A DNA stretch of 64,000 nucleotides from Tubulanus polymorphus (Eukaryota > Animalia > Nemertea): assembly GCF_964204645.1 (NCBI RefSeq), contig NC_134033.1, forward strand, positions 7,820,655 through 7,884,654, read 5' to 3'. Each line of letters starts with the position of its first letter. Within the stretch, counting starts at the first letter, position 1. Shown here piece after piece: positions 13,455 through 25,388 of the stretch. Made by a program: the position numbers and the translations under genes. The notes beneath the pieces are model-generated. The model was not told where the DNA came from, searched no databases, and was given only the letters and a program-made list of their open reading frames with translations.

Positions 13455-14005
13455 GAGCATTTAGAATTCAGGTGTGTACGGTACCTACTCCAATGAAACG
13501 CTCACCATTGTGTGGCTTACCCATAATTACACAGAGCCGTCGGAAGGAATTTTTCAGGGGCGAGGCTTATTTCTGAAGGGTGGTCTGGGGGCCCTCCCCT
13601 AGAAAAATTTTGAAAATTCAATCGCCGGAGATGCGTTTTGGGACCATTTCACAGTCTCATTCACAGAAGCATGAAAAGTTGTGAGCAGACCACATAGGAC
13701 AGAGAACGACGAGCCGCTACGCGGTACAGCGTGCTTTTGAAAAAATTTTTGTTAAGCAAAAAAGTGGGGCGGCTTCAGCTGCCCCTGCCGCCCCTGTTCT
13801 GACGGCCCTGTTAAGTCAGTGGCACCAGAATTCCCAGAATTTCCCATACATCCCAAAAACAGCCAATCACATTCACTTGAAGAAACGACGCCCTTCCCTC
13901 CCCCAATCAAAGTAATCGCAATTTTATATGCAAGAGCTTAGAATTTAACGGCCAGAGTATTTTTGAGAATTTTAACAAAGTTGACCATGCCATCAGCAAA
14001 GTTCA
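13455..14005. repeat. Dispersed repeat (also 22735-22990 and 40995-41075) interrupted by a MITE
   Basis: GAGCATTT..AATT...CCAATGAAACG and AACAGCCAATCACATTC blocks are contiguous at 22735-22990 but split here by 13532-13810. Confidence 0.75.
13532..13810. mobile_element. hAT-like MITE
   Basis: Imperfect TIR CAGAGCCGTCGGAA / TTCTGACGGCCCTG; absent from the paralogous site at ~22810; no TSD retained. Confidence 0.7.
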
Positions 14006-14959
14006 TTGACCTAGCGGCCATCTTGATTCTGACTAGGCCAGTTTTCGGGCTACAGACCTGTACAGGGTATATGAATGAACTAAAATCAAACTAATATCAA
14101 ATCAATCCATTGAAGCATCTGCAAAACTTCCAAAAGTAACTGGATTCGGACGTCTGACAAAAAGTGAACACAATTGCCTGCTGGGACATAAGAGGGTTCA
14201 GAACATGTACAAGCATTCACACCCTGCTTGGCGACAGGCCTGAGCGCACTCTACAACAATTTACATTCATCTCCCTAGGAGGTGCTTCAGGGGATTAGCT
14301 ACTACGGAAAAGCAAAGAAATTTAGGGCAATTGCAAATTATGAGGCAAAAATATGAAGTAATTCGGTCAAAGATGTACCGGTATGCAAAATATATTACAA
14401 TCAAGCATTACTATTACAATATTTTTTCTTCTATAAATCAAATAAAAATATGCAGATAAGTCAAATAAATAATAATAACCGCTAAACATTTTTTTGAATA
14501 CCCGGTACTGTACAGTGGCGCCCCCACGAGCCACGTGACTTAATTTCTTCCGAAACACAGTGCAAAGAGCCGAGCGGGGAAGACGGGTGGGAAACTCCTG
14601 TGCCCCACGGAAGTACCCCTCAGAAATACAAATTTTACTCCAGAAAATTATGATATTTCCTTCAGGATACATTTTGTGAGGCACATATTAGAAGGACTAG
14701 CCAAGCACCAGGCGGTGGGTAAGGCTCCCAAATAATGTATGTAGGCGAAGGCCTAAAATAACGGGTGTTCAACAATGAATAAAGGACCAATAGTCCAGTG
14801 GCTCGCCAAACTGTTGTAGGGAAGTAAAAAATCTTGTCACATAGCCTACTAATACGCAAAATTCATTTCATTGAAAATTAAACATGAAAAAATAATGAAA
14901 AGGACTCAATTTTGGTCAGTGTGAACTTTTAATGATAACTGACTAATGCACCAGCTGAT

Positions 14960-15395
14960 CTACCTCGTTCAATGTTATGATGTCATGATGGAAGTCAAAA
15001 GCGGGTCAACACAAAATTTTATATAACCAAGATTTCGAGGGGTTTCGTCTTTGAAAGCCCATAACTACCGAACGAAGCGTCGGATCTTGGCGATATAAAG
15101 TGGTTCCGACACAAATAGCATTGAATTTTCACATGTGTGATTTTGGACAGTTAAAGATGCTGCATAAAAAAACGTGCTCAAATAAATTGAATTTTTGAAA
15201 CTTCTTGGTAAATTTCTAAAAAAATATGAAACCCACGGCTTTTAACTTTGCGCACCATCAATTTTTTGCTTAATCCGTTCAATTCGCCCATTAATAGTGA
15301 AATTACATGCAACTGAAATTGCGTTTGAGCGTGGTGTATTAAGCAGACGAATGTTTATCGATCGGTCAGACCGTTAACATATGCTCGCTGACGCG
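14960..15395. repeat. Dispersed repeat inside the DIRS 3' region
   Basis: Colinear with 1850-2335; boundaries approximate. Confidence 0.75.
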
Positions 15396-15858
15396 AGCCA
15401 AAAAACTTACCCCGGAAACCATGCAAGGACCGAATCACCAACTAGACCTGCGTTCATCGGTGAAAAAAGGCTGTGCAAAGATAATAACCTGCCTACAGCA
15501 TTCGGACTCTAAATTAGACTCACGACCGGAGCAAACAGACAAAATATGTACACGTATATACAGATCTAAATCTAATCGACTAACCTGTAACTATGCAAAA
15601 TATATAAACATATCACAGCCCATGGGAGCAAATGAAACCACCACACTTCCCAGGAGCTCGGCAGAGACCCCCAAGGCCTAAGCTGCCGTACAGAACTGCA
15701 AAAATCAAGATCAAAACAATACATCCATCAATCATTTTGATTCGGATCAAAAGGATCCCATGAATGACGGGGATAAGAACTGGCGTGAGCAGATCCTGAA
15801 GGAAAAACCCGAACACCCTGTGTGAAACAGCTGGGCCCACTGCCAAAAGAGAACCCAG

Positions 15859-16750
15859 CTACCCCGAAACATCCTTCAAATAAAAAAAAGCAAAGGTATT
15901 CTGACTACTCCAGAACGCCCCTCGACAAACCACTTTGATGGACGCACCCAAAAATGCTGCCCATGAAGTCACCATCGAGCATACCTGATGACTGACAACA
16001 CGAGCTGGCTCGGCATCTACCGACGATAAAGCCTCACGAATTAGTTCTGAGACCTGAGAAATAGTATCCTTCGAGACATCCTTCGAGGACTGCTCATTCA
16101 GCAACATATAAACAACCAATCTCTCTCTCCTCAAAGTGAGGCTGTCCGACGCAAATAAAATCTTAACGCCCGCCCGGTCCGGAGATCGATTGGACCCTAA
16201 GCATCAGCGCCTCCACCCTCCACTCTCTACCACCCGCACCCGGTCTTTGAATCTTAGCGATGAAGTTGAGGTAAGGCCGGAGAACAACAAAACATGATCA
16301 TGGCCAAAAACGATATGACCAGGTCGAGTCGTTGATGCATGAATCTCGGACCTTTTGGCCGACATAGTCAGAAAAAGAAGAAACACTGTTTTCTAAGTGA
16401 ATTTAGAAAGACTCACTTCGGAGAGAGGTTCATATGGACTAGCCATGAGAAACTTTAGGACCACCCCTAAGTCCCATGGAGGGATTTCCCGAGGCACTTT
16501 CAGCCGCGCTACTGTGAAACCCGCAATGAGCTGAGAAAAATACAGGGATCAGTAGTTAAGTCCTGGATACCAGCTGCCCTGAAAGTATGGCCAATAGCAG
16601 GCCGGTAACCTTAATAGTTACCACCTGCTGCCTCCTAACCTCAAAAAGAGAGAGGAAAAAATCTGCAAGAGCGGCTACAGGGGAGAGCATGGATCAATCC
16701 CCCGTTGACTACAGCAATCGCCATAGAGCTTCCACTTGGAGTAATTTATC
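15859..16750 (-). pseudogene. DIRS tyrosine recombinase, disrupted
   Basis: PPWDLGVVLKFL..PYEPL, KTVFLLFLTMSAKRSEIHA (catalytic R), HQVC (HxxR with R replaced), W...TF..FYLKDV (catalytic Y); stops and frameshifts. Confidence 0.88.
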
Positions 16751-16799
16751 CTACCTGTACTAGGGCGCTTGGATTTAGCAATGAATGAGGAAGCCCTGA

Positions 16800-18576
16800 C
16801 TGAAAACCCTGCACTCGCCAGGCATCGCTAGACAATGGCCAGGTGTGAAGGTTGGACATTTGAAACGCCGGGTGCCTCCGGAAACCCCTCGGAGACAGGA
16901 GGAATGGAAATTGCGGCAGGTACCTGGGGTTGTCGCACAGGAGGTTGAGAAGACAACTGAACCACGCCTGAGCTGGCCAGCAAGGCGCAATCAGAACTAT
17001 CAGACAGGACGCCAGCTCTATCTGGTCGAGGACTGCTGATAAGACTTGAATCGGGGGGGTACACATACACCAGGATCCGATCCCAGTGAAACGAGAACGC
17101 ATCTACCATCCTCACCATCTGGTCTGGAAACGGGGACACAAACAGCGGGAACCTCTTGTTGAACCTGGTGGCGAACAGATCTATCAATGGTTGGCCTACC
17201 AGGGACCCCACTCGAACTGCCACCTCTGGATGAAGCGACCATTACGTAGAAATGGCCGCATCCTGACAGGAGAGGGCGTCAGCAACAATGTACCTCTTGC
17301 TCACCAGGTGAACCACAGACAGGTGAATCCCTCAGGCCTGACAACAGAGGAGAATCTCCGTCCTAGGGTTGGTAAGCATAACCGATCTAGTGCCTCCCTT
17401 GTTCCGAAGATAGGCCCTGACTGTCTGATTGTCGGTGGCTAACCACACATGTCTGCCTATCAACCTCCTGCAAAAGAACCCCAGAGCCTTGCGGACCGCC
17501 AACAGCTCTAAATGGTTGATATGGAGAAGCCCCTCCTGATGAGACCTTCTCCCGGCTTTCTGCGAACTCTCCAGATGGGCGCCCCAACTGGCGTGACTCA
17601 CGCCGGTAGACAACTGGAGAGGAGCTCGGAGAGGAGCCAGAGATGTACCCTCCCTGAGGTTGCGAAGAGACATCCACCAACTTAGTCCTGGAACCAGAGC
17701 GGGAAGCAAACCTCCCAAACTCTTCTCGATCGTAGCCAGCAGGCCTTCCAGAAAGGTTGAAATGGCCGGCTGTGGAGGCGACCCATTGGAATCACAAGGG
17801 ACATGGAGCTCATTTGTCCGAGGACTCGGGACCAGTACTGCGTTGACCGAGCAGAGCTCGACAGGCCGGATACAGCTTCCCGGAGCTTGTCTACCCTGGC
17901 TTGGGTGGGATATACACAACCCTTGCGAGGGTCGAACTTCAAGCCCAGATAGGTGAAATTCTTAGACAGGTGTAAATGAGACTTCTCGAGATTTATCCTG
18001 AAGCCCCAGTCCCGTACCAGGCCCAGCACGAAGTTGATGGACGCCTAACATTCGTCCTGAGAGTAACCCACAATTAACCAGTCGTCAAGACACACGAAAA
18101 TCTACACCCTTTTTTTCTGAAGATATCATTGAACCGGCTTGACTAGATTGGTGAACAACCAGGAGAGCCGAGAACTGGTACTGGCGACCCTTCCACTTGA
18201 CCCGGAAGTAGCGACGCGAATTGGGGTGAATCGGCACCTGAAAGTATGCATCCTTCAAATCGATCGACGCCGCCCATTGACCGGGGCGGAGCCCCTGAAC
18301 TACCTGCTGTGGCGTGGTCATGCGAAACATCGGCACCCTGAGATGTTTTTTGAGAAGGGACAGGTCTATCACAGTGCATTGGCCTCCTGAAGCCTTGGGC
18401 ATTGTAAACACTCTTGAGTTCCAGCCCGGAGAGGACTCGTTTTGAACCGGCTGGAGAGCACCCTTCTGAAGCAACTCCTCGATTGCAGGGGTAATATGTG
18501 ACTCTTGACCTCTCTTGGGTCTCATTTCTGTAGGCTGTAGTTGATTTTTTGGTACTCCGCTGCCACTGGAGCACAC
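16800..18576 (-). pseudogene. DIRS pol (RT, RNase H, methyltransferase-like domain), frameshifted
   Basis: SIDLKDAYFQVPIHP; GFRINLEKS..FTYLG; HINHLELLAV...TDNQTVRAYL..GGTRS; DLFAT..N...FVSP.PD....DAF...W....YVYPP. Confidence 0.92.
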
Positions 18577-18599
18577 TTGCCCGAAAAAAGGCGTATCAA

Positions 18600-20392
18600 T
18601 GAGGTCCTTGCCGCCAGAATCATGTTAGCATGAGCCCCGACGGCAAGAAAAATCACATGTGAAGCTGACCGTGGCAGAGACTGGATTATCCTATCCATAC
18701 CTGCCAGGGCAGACGCAACCTCCGAGGGATCCGCCGTCCCCCTTTCCAGTAGTGACTGAACCTCCCTGAGCTCACCAATCAGTGACCGAACTCCCGATTC
18801 GTGTGATATTCTCCAGGAATGACAAAAAAGAGACCATCCCCCGCCGTAGGCATTTGAATGTTAAGGACAGGAGCAACCAAGGATGCGGACAAAATTGACC
18901 TAGCACTGCGTCAACCAAACCATGCATTCGTTCAGTTGACCCGGGCGTACTATAATAGGATGCACTAAACGAGGAATCGGTGGCCCAGTGAGAGAAAAAC
19001 TTTCCCTGCTTGAGCCCAGACTCTGGCGGAGGATACGCAAACCCAGTCGGCTGATCCTGACCCCACAAGTGTCTATCGATCCGAGTCCACTCGACCATCA
19101 CTGCAGAGGACTCACGAAGAGCATGAGAGCCCTGTGCAGAGGCAACATATAAGGCCATACACTCTTCCGGATCCACAGACTTAAGAGGTTTAGGCACGGT
19201 TGGGCCATGCTTGTGGAAAACCTCTTGTATTATGAGCGTGAGAAAAGGCCTATCCACCGGCGCCGAACAGTCAAAAGTTGTGGCAACCGAGGACGAAGGG
19301 CTGGGTGGTTGAACATTACTGATGTACGGGGATTGGTCACACCGGATGGGATTGGAGGTGACGACTCCCTACATCCCGAATGCGTGCCAAGACCTACCTT
19401 CAAGGAATACTCGTCAAAGTTTTTGAGATCAGGGACAGTGAGGGGAACATCCTCAGGACTGGAGTTCTCCAACTCGGACGGCGTTGGCCGCGAAGCTTGA
19501 GTTCCTATCAGGCCGAGATGGCCCTTTACCGATTCCAATAGACTTTGCATTTCCGCCTGAAAAGCCTAAAAATCCTCAGTGGAAATGAAATTGGACATGG
19601 AGGCCGCCGGCTCAGGAGATAAAGACCTCCAGGGACAGTTCCTGTAAAATCGTTGAGGACACTCTCGGCTCCTACTCGAAGATCGGGACCTCGAGGAGCT
19701 GCTGGACCGGGAGCGTGCCCTACTTTGTCGATAACGGTCACAAATTTTCCTACTTGAAGAGGTCGAACACGACGGCGAAGTGGACCGTCTCCACCCCACT
19801 CCAGGGGAGCGACGCATTGGCGAACGGGCTGGCGGAGAAATACGTGATTCCAGTTTCCCTGTGTAGGCTGAAAATCCTGGACCAGCCGAGCGACTCGAAA
19901 CGAGCCCTGATTCGGATCTATCTGAAATCCCGATTCCGGACAATTTGAGGTTTTTAATAGGACACAGCCACAGAACCCGGGCCCGGATGAGAACGGGTAG
20001 CCAGAGCCGAAGCACGGACGGTTTTAACTAGTGCCACCTCGTGAAGGCCAGACGGGGACCCAATGGAAGGTCAACTGGGACGGGACCGGCTGAATTCGTA
20101 GGGACAAAACCAGACCGGAATCGGGAACCTGTTTGGGCCGAGGTTTAATGGCATGTTGGATGGCTGTTTGTCTGCAACCGGAGTGTTAGGGCGGTTGGCC
20201 GAGTCCTGGCCACTCCACGACTTTCTTAGCATTCTTGCTGCGGTATTGTCGCACAAAACTTCCAGTCAAGAGCTCCCTCGAGGGAACGCCGGCCTGCACC
20301 CCTTCTGGAGGTCGAACCGCGCCACTAGGAGAGGAGGTACCGGACAATTCATAAACCCAAGAATGGGCTTTCTTATCTCTAGAATCCGACAT
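18600..20392 (-). pseudogene. DIRS gag-like ORF, frameshifted
   Basis: GC-rich ORF pieces upstream of RT, starting MSDSRDKK and including an RS-rich low-complexity tract (19566-20015); assigned mainly by position. Confidence 0.6.
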
Positions 20393-21482
20393 ATTTATTG
20401 GTTGCTGCTACAAAAGCAACAATAAACGACCCGCGAAAAAAATTAATCTTAAATTAAATTAATTATCAGAAATAATAATTAATGATTCGCGAAAAATTTA
20501 TCTCAAATTAAATGATTAGAAAAAATTTAATTAACGATTCCTTAATTGATATTTCCTTAATCAAACCCTATTATATACGGTTTGTCGGATGGACTCGGAC
20601 TACCCACTAACCGAGAAGTCCCGACTGAATGAAAGGAAAAGGAAACAGGTGGGCTGAGACTGATGCCCGGCCGTGAGAAAGACCGATCGAATTTATAGAC
20701 GAACTCACCGAAGAACCGGAGGTGCTAGCTTGGTCCGGGACCAACAAAACTACCATTTGGCTTGAACAAGAACTCAGAATAACGTCTAGGTGGCAGCTCC
20801 ATTGGAAAAAAAAGCACCAAAGATGGCGGCGCAAAGGGAGAAATTGAGTCATGTGGCTCATGGCGGCACCACCCTACGGTACCGGGTATTCCAAAAAATG
20901 TTTAGCGGTATAGTTCTCAAGCTAAGGTAACTTCTAATATGTGCCCCACGTAATGTATCCTTAAGGAAATATCAATGCCATTTGTCTCATTCAAGTCGCA
21001 GCCAGATATCAGTTAACACAAAGATTGTTACTACGTACATTGTTACTACGGCCTGGACTACTTGATCCGAAACCTTTTATTCTGACGCTGCCAAATATTG
21101 ATTTTTTTTCAATCAGCTTTTGGACAAACTTTTTGTCCAATCGGCTTTCAAGTTCATTCAGACCAAAAATGTGACGTCACAATAATACTATGGGACAGTA
21201 GTTATGAATCAGGTAATTCAAGAACATGTACTTAAAACATCATAGTTTACTGTGGGAACTTCTCAAAGTTTATTCCTCATACACAAGTGGTACATTTATG
21301 CTACGTAATTCACTTCCATATCTCGTCCAAATTAATTTGACTTAAGCGGGCTTGACTGTATTTCTGTTATTAATGTTGGAGTTTCCAAGCTTTCTAACCT
21401 ACTCCAGTAGTTATTCCTCAAGTTTTGCTCATACACATTAATCTTTACATGGACATACATAAATGGACAATTTTTGGAGATA

Positions 21483-22677
21483 CAATATTTCAAATGACCT
21501 AAGTTTACAGTGGGGAATTTAGGGTACCTCACATGCCTCATGAATTTCAAAACTTTTCAAATTTTTTATCAGGCAAATTTCCTGAGGGTGTGCCTCAAAC
21601 ATTGTTTTCTTCCGAATAGTGTTTTGAATATTCAATCACAGGCATTGAGTAAAAACAATAGCAGCGTTACAGTATCGCTATAGTAGTGTATACTGTACGC
21701 GCGTGTGTTTGTGTGTGTGCAACAGTCTAATCTAATGATTTCCGGGCACACGTGGAGGCCTTGTGTAAGTGAATGTTCGCTTACACTTCAATGTCATCAA
21801 ATCAATATTTCAAATGACCTAAGTTTACAGTGGGGAATTTAGGGTACCTCACATGCCTCATGAATTTCAAAACCTTTTCAAATTTTTTATCAGGCAAATT
21901 TCCTGAGGGTGTGCCTCAAACATTGTTTTCTTCCGAATAGTGTTTTGAATATTCAATCACAGGCATTGAGTAAAAACAATAATAAATTGCCCACGGGCAA
22001 AGTGTGGTTTACCTTGAAAGCTAGAGGTTGTTTGGGGTAAGGGCATGGCTTGAAAAATCTTTTTAATTCGTGACTTCAAAGTTCTACAAGTGTAAATATT
22101 GTATTTTATCTTTCTTAAAGGATAATTTTGTAGTCAAATAAGACCAAAGATATACATTTGTTTACGGTCCACATCCAAAATTTTGTAGGGTACAGGTAGG
22201 CGCGGCATGGAAACTATCTTATATTTTCAAAGAAATATTTTCTATAATATGAAAAAATATGCAAATAAAATTCATATGATGTCACATATCAGATGGTGGC
22301 TGAATGTATGGCCGCGGAAGCTAAAATACCGGTGCAGTAAGATATCGGCGTATTAGATCGTTTTAAATCCAGGAATTTACCACTACAATATTCGGACCTC
22401 GACCTATACCTATAGTTTAGTTTGCTGCTTAGTATTTTCAGGTCACAAGGAATTACAATTTATTACAAATTCTATCAAACAGAAAACACAGCGCTCTTCT
22501 TCAGCTGATGAAATGTCAAACGCGCCAGCAAGCAGCGTTACAGTATCGCTATAGTAGTGTATACTGTACGCGCGTGTGTTTGTGTGTGTGCAACAGTCTA
22601 ATCTAATGATTTCCGGGCACACGTGGAGGCCTTGTGTAAGTGAATGTTCGCTTACACTTCAATGTCATCAAATCAAT
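21483..22677. repeat. Near-identical local duplication with A-B-A-x-B layout
   Basis: A = 21483-21660 and 21803-21981 (one 1-bp indel seen); B = 21660-21806 and 22531-22677 (no difference seen). Confidence 0.9.
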
Positions 22678-23523
22678 CGCCGGGTATTCAAATGAAACAA
22701 TACCTATGGCGTTTAATAATTACATTCTCACCAGCAATGAGCATTTGAAATTCGCACGTATACGGCACCTAGTCCAATGAAACGTTCGCCATTTGCTTTG
22801 CCATAATTATTTTATTAGCGCCGCAATTCCCCATATATCCCATAAACAGCCAATCACATTCGCTCGTAGAGACAACGCCCCCGAATCGAGGTCATTGCAG
22901 TTTTATACGCGAGAGCTAAAAATTTTCCCCCAAAAACAGTTTTTCGTAGAATTTTAACAATGTTGACCATGTCATCGACGGAGGTTCGCCATGTCTTCAA
23001 TCGCATCGATTATACGTCGTTTTAGCCGAGAACCCATGAAACAAATTCTCACATAAAAAAACGTACCGCGATTTTACATGAATTGGCTCAATGCCAACTT
23101 CATATCACTGACAAAGGTAAACCAAAAATGGTTGACTTTTACTTTGACTTTCACTGTGCATGGGGTTGATTCCTATAATAAACCTCTTCTTGAATAAAGT
23201 GCCTTTTTTTCTTTGGTGAGGCAGTCACAATTGGACCCTGAATCCACACCTGGTCTATAATGCATGGCAACAATCAAATGTCTCGAATGTGTAAAACCGC
23301 AACACTGCTTCAATTTTGAGGAAGGTACTAGAATTGAAACAGAATCCTTCTTCTCGGCCCAATACAAGTATCAAACCTACCTGATTTGTTTGTATCCAGC
23401 AATGCTTCCATATTTTCAACACGTTTTTGAAGAGTAACTCATAGTTCAATTCAAGAATGTGTAACAAGCAGTGGAACCAGGCCTCGTGTGCTGAACCCCT
23501 ACAAGATATTTGTGTACAAATAA

Positions 23524-23618
23524 AGATTTCCCAGCAAGTTCAGAATGAAATGTCAACATTCAGATGAAACAGATTTCCAAACAAGTTCAGAATGAAATGT
23601 CAACATTCAGACAAAAAC
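23524..23618. repeat. 47-bp tandem duplication
   Basis: AGATTTCC...CAAGTTCAGAATGAAATGTCAACATTCAGA occurs twice. Confidence 0.85.
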
Positions 23619-25388
23619 AAACATGTGAAAAATCAAGGAGCAAATAATACCAGTTTAGCTTAGACCAGTTGAACCAATTTCACCTGTCAACTTTTTCAAC
23701 AATTTTCTTTTATTCAACTAATGGGAGAGTGCAATTAAAAGATTTTTCCCGATTCCTTTAAAAAAACATATTGGGTAATATTGGAAATTCCTGCTGTATG
23801 GTACTTCATCTTGATCTTGATTACTGTATTTTCCAGCCAATTAGCCGATTTTCGAACCTCAGATTTCTATCCCAAAATATCATGATTGGCTTATTGGACG
23901 CATACCATCTGACCTAAAAAATCACTTCCCGAACTATGACCCATTTAAGCTCCCAAAGATCATCAAAAATAGGGAAGAGTGGTCTATATTTATTTTAGGT
24001 CAATATTTACTACCAATAATCTATTTTGATCTATTTTGCTACTTTGTTTCTTTCAATACCTTACAGCAGCGATGTACATTGTAATAATACATTAGTATAT
24101 ATGCGCATCAGCATATATAGGTTACAATATATGGCTCTGTTAATGGCATGCGGGGCTGTTTTCAGTTGACAACAGTGAAGGGGACAAACGGGTTCTTATA
24201 CTATTTTGTTGTGGCTCTGATTGTTTGAATTTTATTGTCGTTTGACAACCTAGTTTTCTGGTTCAAAACTGAATAGAGTCGTTTGGGTTGACTGCGATTT
24301 GGTGGTTAATGATCTAGTTCATTAGTGGAATTTCTGTTTGGCATTCAGCAAGCGATGACAAATTTGCCTTTTTAGCATTCCTGTATGACAGATGAAGCTT
24401 GCCTCACCGGGTCCCAGACCGCAGCTCCATATTCTAGTTGGGACAGACAAGTGAAGTGTAGGCTCCTGTTCAGCTGTCTTGGTGCATGCTTGAGGTTTCA
24501 CCAAATGATTCCAATGCTTCTCTCTGATGCACGAGATGAGCTTACTCCAATTCAGGTCAGCCGATATGGTGAGGCCAAGATATCTATTGCTTGTAAATTC
24601 TTCAAGAATATGGTGACCAAGTTGGTAGAACTAGAATATGGCTTTTTTCACGTAAAAGCGCATAGGCCTACCCAATTTCAGGGCCCAGTCTGGGAGTGCC
24701 TCCAGGTCATGCTGCAGATCAATCTGGTCAGCAATCAATTTTATGTATTTGTAGATGCAGTCGTCTACATTGTGGCATAATCAAACACTTGACTTAACTC
24801 GGTGGTCCCTCCCAAGACTGTGCCATGGAATACTCCTGAAAGGTCAAAAGCATTGTCGGAAGTTGTAACATCCAACTGTACTTGTTTGGGGCATTGGTAG
24901 ACCATGCTTTAATCCTTAACCTGCCGGCAGCTTTAATGTTAAGTCCTGTTTGTGCCAGATGATTTGCATGTGAATGAAATTGACACATTAAATCCTCATA
25001 ACTTCCAAACTACATGTCTTGTACATAGAGCATTGAAACTTCACAAAGCAGTAGGTTATTGTCATAGCCATGGAATAGCGCTGAGAGATAAAATTTCCGA
25101 CCTGTGAAAGAGGGGGTCCAATGGGTAGGGTAGGCTAAAACGCAAAAAGAACCCCTACAAAGTCAGAATACTTTTGTGTAACATTGTCCATATACTCACC
25201 ATTTTGAGTAACATTGTCGATATTCATAAATAAAGACACTGTAGATTTCTATATCCATCGTTAAAACATTTACTATGCCTCTTATGACAGTCTTAATGTT
25301 TGAATCAAAGTATCAAATTTACGGGTTGTTTTTAGAGCAAAATTCTTCGAAAATATCAGAATGTGAAATTAGTTGCAAGTTTGGATTC

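Larger units (their letters stand above)
14478..20974 (-). mobile_element. DIRS1-type tyrosine-recombinase retrotransposon, decayed, 3' tip missing
   Basis: 14478-14548 is inverted relative to 20839-20909 (ITRs); 14651-14694 is complementary to the element start 20931-20974 (ICR); domain order gag, RT, RNase H, MT, YR on the minus strand. Confidence 0.93.

Noticed and set aside
17050-17223. Stand-alone DNA adenine methyltransferase (YPP motif)
   Set aside because: It is the known MT-like domain of DIRS pol, in its usual position.
19566-20015. SR-type splicing factor suggested by the RS-rich ORF
   Set aside because: It lies within the DIRS gag region, where low-complexity S/R tracts are common, and has no RRM.
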